This document shows, piece after piece, positions 60,901 through 64,000 of a stretch of DNA of 64,000 nt; the stretch's first letter is position 1, and each line of letters opens with the position of its first letter. The stretch is from Elsinoe ampelina (Eukaryota), in contig ML992505.1 in NCBI GenBank assembly GCA_010093995.1, positions 535,433 through 599,432 on the forward strand, read 5' to 3'. The position numbers were made by a program, and so were the translations under genes. A model generated the notes under the pieces. The model was not told the DNA's origin. It saw only the letters and a list, made by a program, of their open reading frames with translations, and made no database searches.

Positions 60901-63900
60901 TACTAATACGAGATGAATTACGAACTAGATTTAGTTAGTATCTAGGTCGGAGAGGTCACGTGATCTCGGCTCTCAGCCCGGGCTTCTAGCCGCTCCGCCC
61001 TCGATATCTTATATACTTTATAGACTAGCTTTCTTCTTCTTCTTCTAACTCTTAATATCTTAACGAATAGACGTAATTAACCTTCTATCTTGCTAGTTGT
61101 AATTACTATATTAAGAGTTTAAAGCACCTACGATTAAGCGATAGAGCTATTAAACTATCTAGCTCTTCTACTACTTACGTAATTCTAATAACTACCATTT
61201 ACGAAGAATTAAAGAATTAAAGAAGAAGCTATTACGACCGCAGTTCCCGCGCACACTATAATAGATCCTCGCTGCCGCTGCGTAGGTCGATACTATAAAT
61301 ATAAGAAGAAGGTAATAAGTCGAGTTATAGATAACTCTTAAAGAAAGTAGGCCTTTAGCTAAATTTTTTAGATATCTCCTTTGTCACGCGTTGACTTTTA
61401 TACCACGAATTCACAACTAACCTCGCTAAGTATAGCTTGCCCTAACCCTAGCGACGACTGCTATGTAAGTAATATTCCTCTACCTCCTACTAACAACAAC
61501 GACGAACTAGTCTAGTTAGCTTACTACGATCTTATTTGCCTTAGCGACGACGACCTTAAGAAGAGGCTATAAGAGATAGACGATATAACTACTCTACGTA
61601 AGGCCTTTGCCTTTATTAAGTCCACCTATAACAAGTGGGTTATTGTACGTAACTTAGCATATTCTAACGCTCTTAATTTGCGCTACTAGCTCGATAACGC
61701 TATAGCCGATCTAGATACATCTAATAGTACTACTAACAATCTTACTACCTAAGCTATACGCTACCTTACTAACATTAATAAGCTTAAGGCCGAGCTAGCC
61801 TAGCTAAAGGCCGAAGTAGAGCGCGCTACACTAACCTCTTCTACTAGAGGCGCTACTCTGTCGGAAAAGATCCTAGACCTAGCTATATTTAGTAGCGGCA
61901 CCCTAGAGCAGTTTAAGGTCTTTAAGCACTAGATAAAGAACAAGATACGTGCTAACGCCGACCGATTCCCTACCGAGGCTACCTAGTTCGTATATCTCTA
62001 CTCGCGCCTCTCTAGAGAAGTATACACCCTTATTATAGACTCTGCTAGCAATAACACTATCGACGTTAGTAAAGGCTTAGCTCTCTTAGCCTAGCGCTTC
62101 GAAGACTCTAACTGTAAGGCTATAGCACGCGCTTAGTTCGCTAGCCTATTCTAGTGTAATGCCTCTTTTAATTTCTTTATTAGCGAGTTTAATAAGTACG
62201 CTCTCCGCGCTAAGATTGCTAAGGACAAGTAGCTCTACTAGCTACGCTAGAAGATATCTAACGAGTTGCGCGTTGCCCTTGTCAATTTCGATATAGACGA
62301 CCTTATCTCCTTTATCGCTAAGGCTCGTGCTACCGATTATAATATCTAGTAGAGTAACCTTATCTCTAGGCGTACTTAGGCCCTCTGCTCTACGCTAGCT
62401 ATAAACCGCACTACTAGTGCCTCGACTCGAGTAGCTTATTCTATATCTGCTCCTACTACTCTCTGCCCTATAACCGAAGGAGCTCTATAGCCTTTTCGCC
62501 CCCCCTAGTCACTTATCTACTTCGTATGCGGCAGGCCTAGCTATATCTCTACTAAGTGCATAGCTAGCGCCTCCGAGAAAGCTACCTATGCTACTACTCG
62601 CCCTGCTCGTACTATTAGTACTATAGAGGCTACTAAGATTTAACACCTTTAGGATCGACTTACTAAATTAGGTACACACGCTCTATCCTAGCCTTAGTTC
62701 GACATTAGTTTAGATCTAGTTTAGTCCTAGTTTAACCCCGAGATAGATTACGAGTTAGCCGAACTATCTAGCTAGGGAAACAACTAGCTAGAGGACAAGT
62801 TCTATCCTCTAGCGGAAGAAGAGTAATTCGAGATAGATCCGGAGGAGTTTAATTACTAAATAGCGTCGTTAGCCACTACACTCTCGCTATTATAACTCCT
62901 ATTACTATACACGACCTATACAACCGCAACTGTACTATTACGCTCTAAGTCTTTATCGACACTAGCGCGCTTATTAGCGCCGTAGCTAACTATAAGGTTC
63001 TTAATAAGCTTAAGAGTTTTAGTTGCCCTATAGTATTAGCTAACTCTATCTAGCTTAACGCCTATAATAGTGTTCTAACGGAGTAAGTCACTTATTAGAT
63101 CTCTCTTACTACTACTGTCTCTAGCAAGTTTAATAGTCTTATAACTTTCCGTATTATAGATATCGGCTATTTCGATATTATCCTCGGGCTTAGCTAGCTT
63201 AAGGCTAATAGAGCTAATATCGACTGCGAGCTTAGCTAAGTTACTTATAAAGAAGAGTTCTCCCCGGCTGTTGTTAAGTAGTAGCAGCTATAGCTAATTA
63301 GAGGGCTAGGATCTAGATCTAAGCCCGGCTCGGATCTAGGAGCTCGACTAGTTTAGATCTAGTTCGGCTGTAGTCTAGCTTGTAGACTATATTCTAGTTT
63401 AGCTTCCGAGCTAGAATCTGCCTGTCTATCTTAGCTGCCGGCACTTAGGCCGAATTTCAAGCTAGATAAGAAGGAGTTTAAGCTAGTTTCCTATAGCTCC
63501 TAGCTAATGCATAAGTTCTCTTACGTACCTGCCTATATAAGTAACGCTAAACCTCGAAAGGACTATACAATAGCCTTTATCGGCGCCGTAGCCTTCGCCT
63601 TACAAGCTAAGCATTACGATTGTAAAGTGTTTACTATCTCTATAAAGAATATCGAGGACTACTGCCGTCTAGCTTCCGAACTAGAGCTAGACTCTATAGA
63701 GGTTCTACTACCGGAGCTACGTAAATTCGCTAATGTCTTCTCTAAGGAGCAATCTAACACTCTTCTACTACACCGGCCGGAGTTCGATAACTGTATTATT
63801 CTAAAGGATAGCGCTAAACTTCCGCGCACCGAGCCTTTACGCTACCTATTACTAGAGGAGCTCGATATAGTAGAATAGTTTATCTAAGAGCACCTTGATA

Positions 63901-64000
63901 AGGGGTTCGTTACTCTAAGCTCTATAAGCTATTTATCTTCTATCTTCTTTGTCCGGAAGCTAAATAGAGAACTTTGCCTCTACATCGATTACTACGGCCT
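60901..64000 (+). mobile_element. RIP-degenerate Ty3/gypsy LTR retrotransposon 2 (LTR/leader, gag, protease, RT start), nested in element 1; runs off the window
   Basis: After RIP reversion: Gag SEKIPDPAIF..KIRANADRFPTE, knuckle CFVCGRPGHISTKC near 62518, protease FIDTGA near 62952, FDIILGL.WL, RT FADVFS..LPPHRP..HLDKGF..FFVRKPNG.LRLCIDYRGL. Confidence 0.88.

Noticed and set aside
56327..64000. AT-rich block as organellar insertion, foreign DNA or an alternative genetic code
   Set aside because: Stops and TpA excess are explained by RIP-type C>T/G>A changes of recognisable retrotransposon motifs.

Overview
This is genomic DNA from a filamentous ascomycete (Pezizomycotina): short GT-AG introns with CT(A/G)AC branch sites and RIP-mutated repeats. 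Bases 1-56.3 kb are gene-dense. Recognisable genes include an amino-acid permease, a DUF218-like protein, a PLP serine/threonine dehydratase-racemase, a class III chitin synthase, a SAM methyltransferase, an AA16 LPMO-family protein, SNF1, MBF1, a BUD2-like RasGAP, an FHA protein, the RNA Pol III largest subunit, MRC1 and mitochondrial release factor MRF1. There are also two secreted proteins and several hypotheticals. A RIP-killed Fot1/pogo DNA transposon with intact 45-bp TIRs lies at 50.1-52.7 kb. From 56.3 kb to the end is an AT-rich block that decodes as three nested LTR retrotransposons (copia > gypsy-1 > gypsy-2). Both gypsy elements keep readable -1 frameshift signals, and gypsy-1 has a long Gag C-terminal extension. 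The gene-rich part also shows repeated abrupt switches from C-rich to G-rich sequence. I found no tRNA, rRNA or CRISPR, and no clearly novel multi-gene system can be proven from sequence alone. All family calls come from motif recognition, not database searches.
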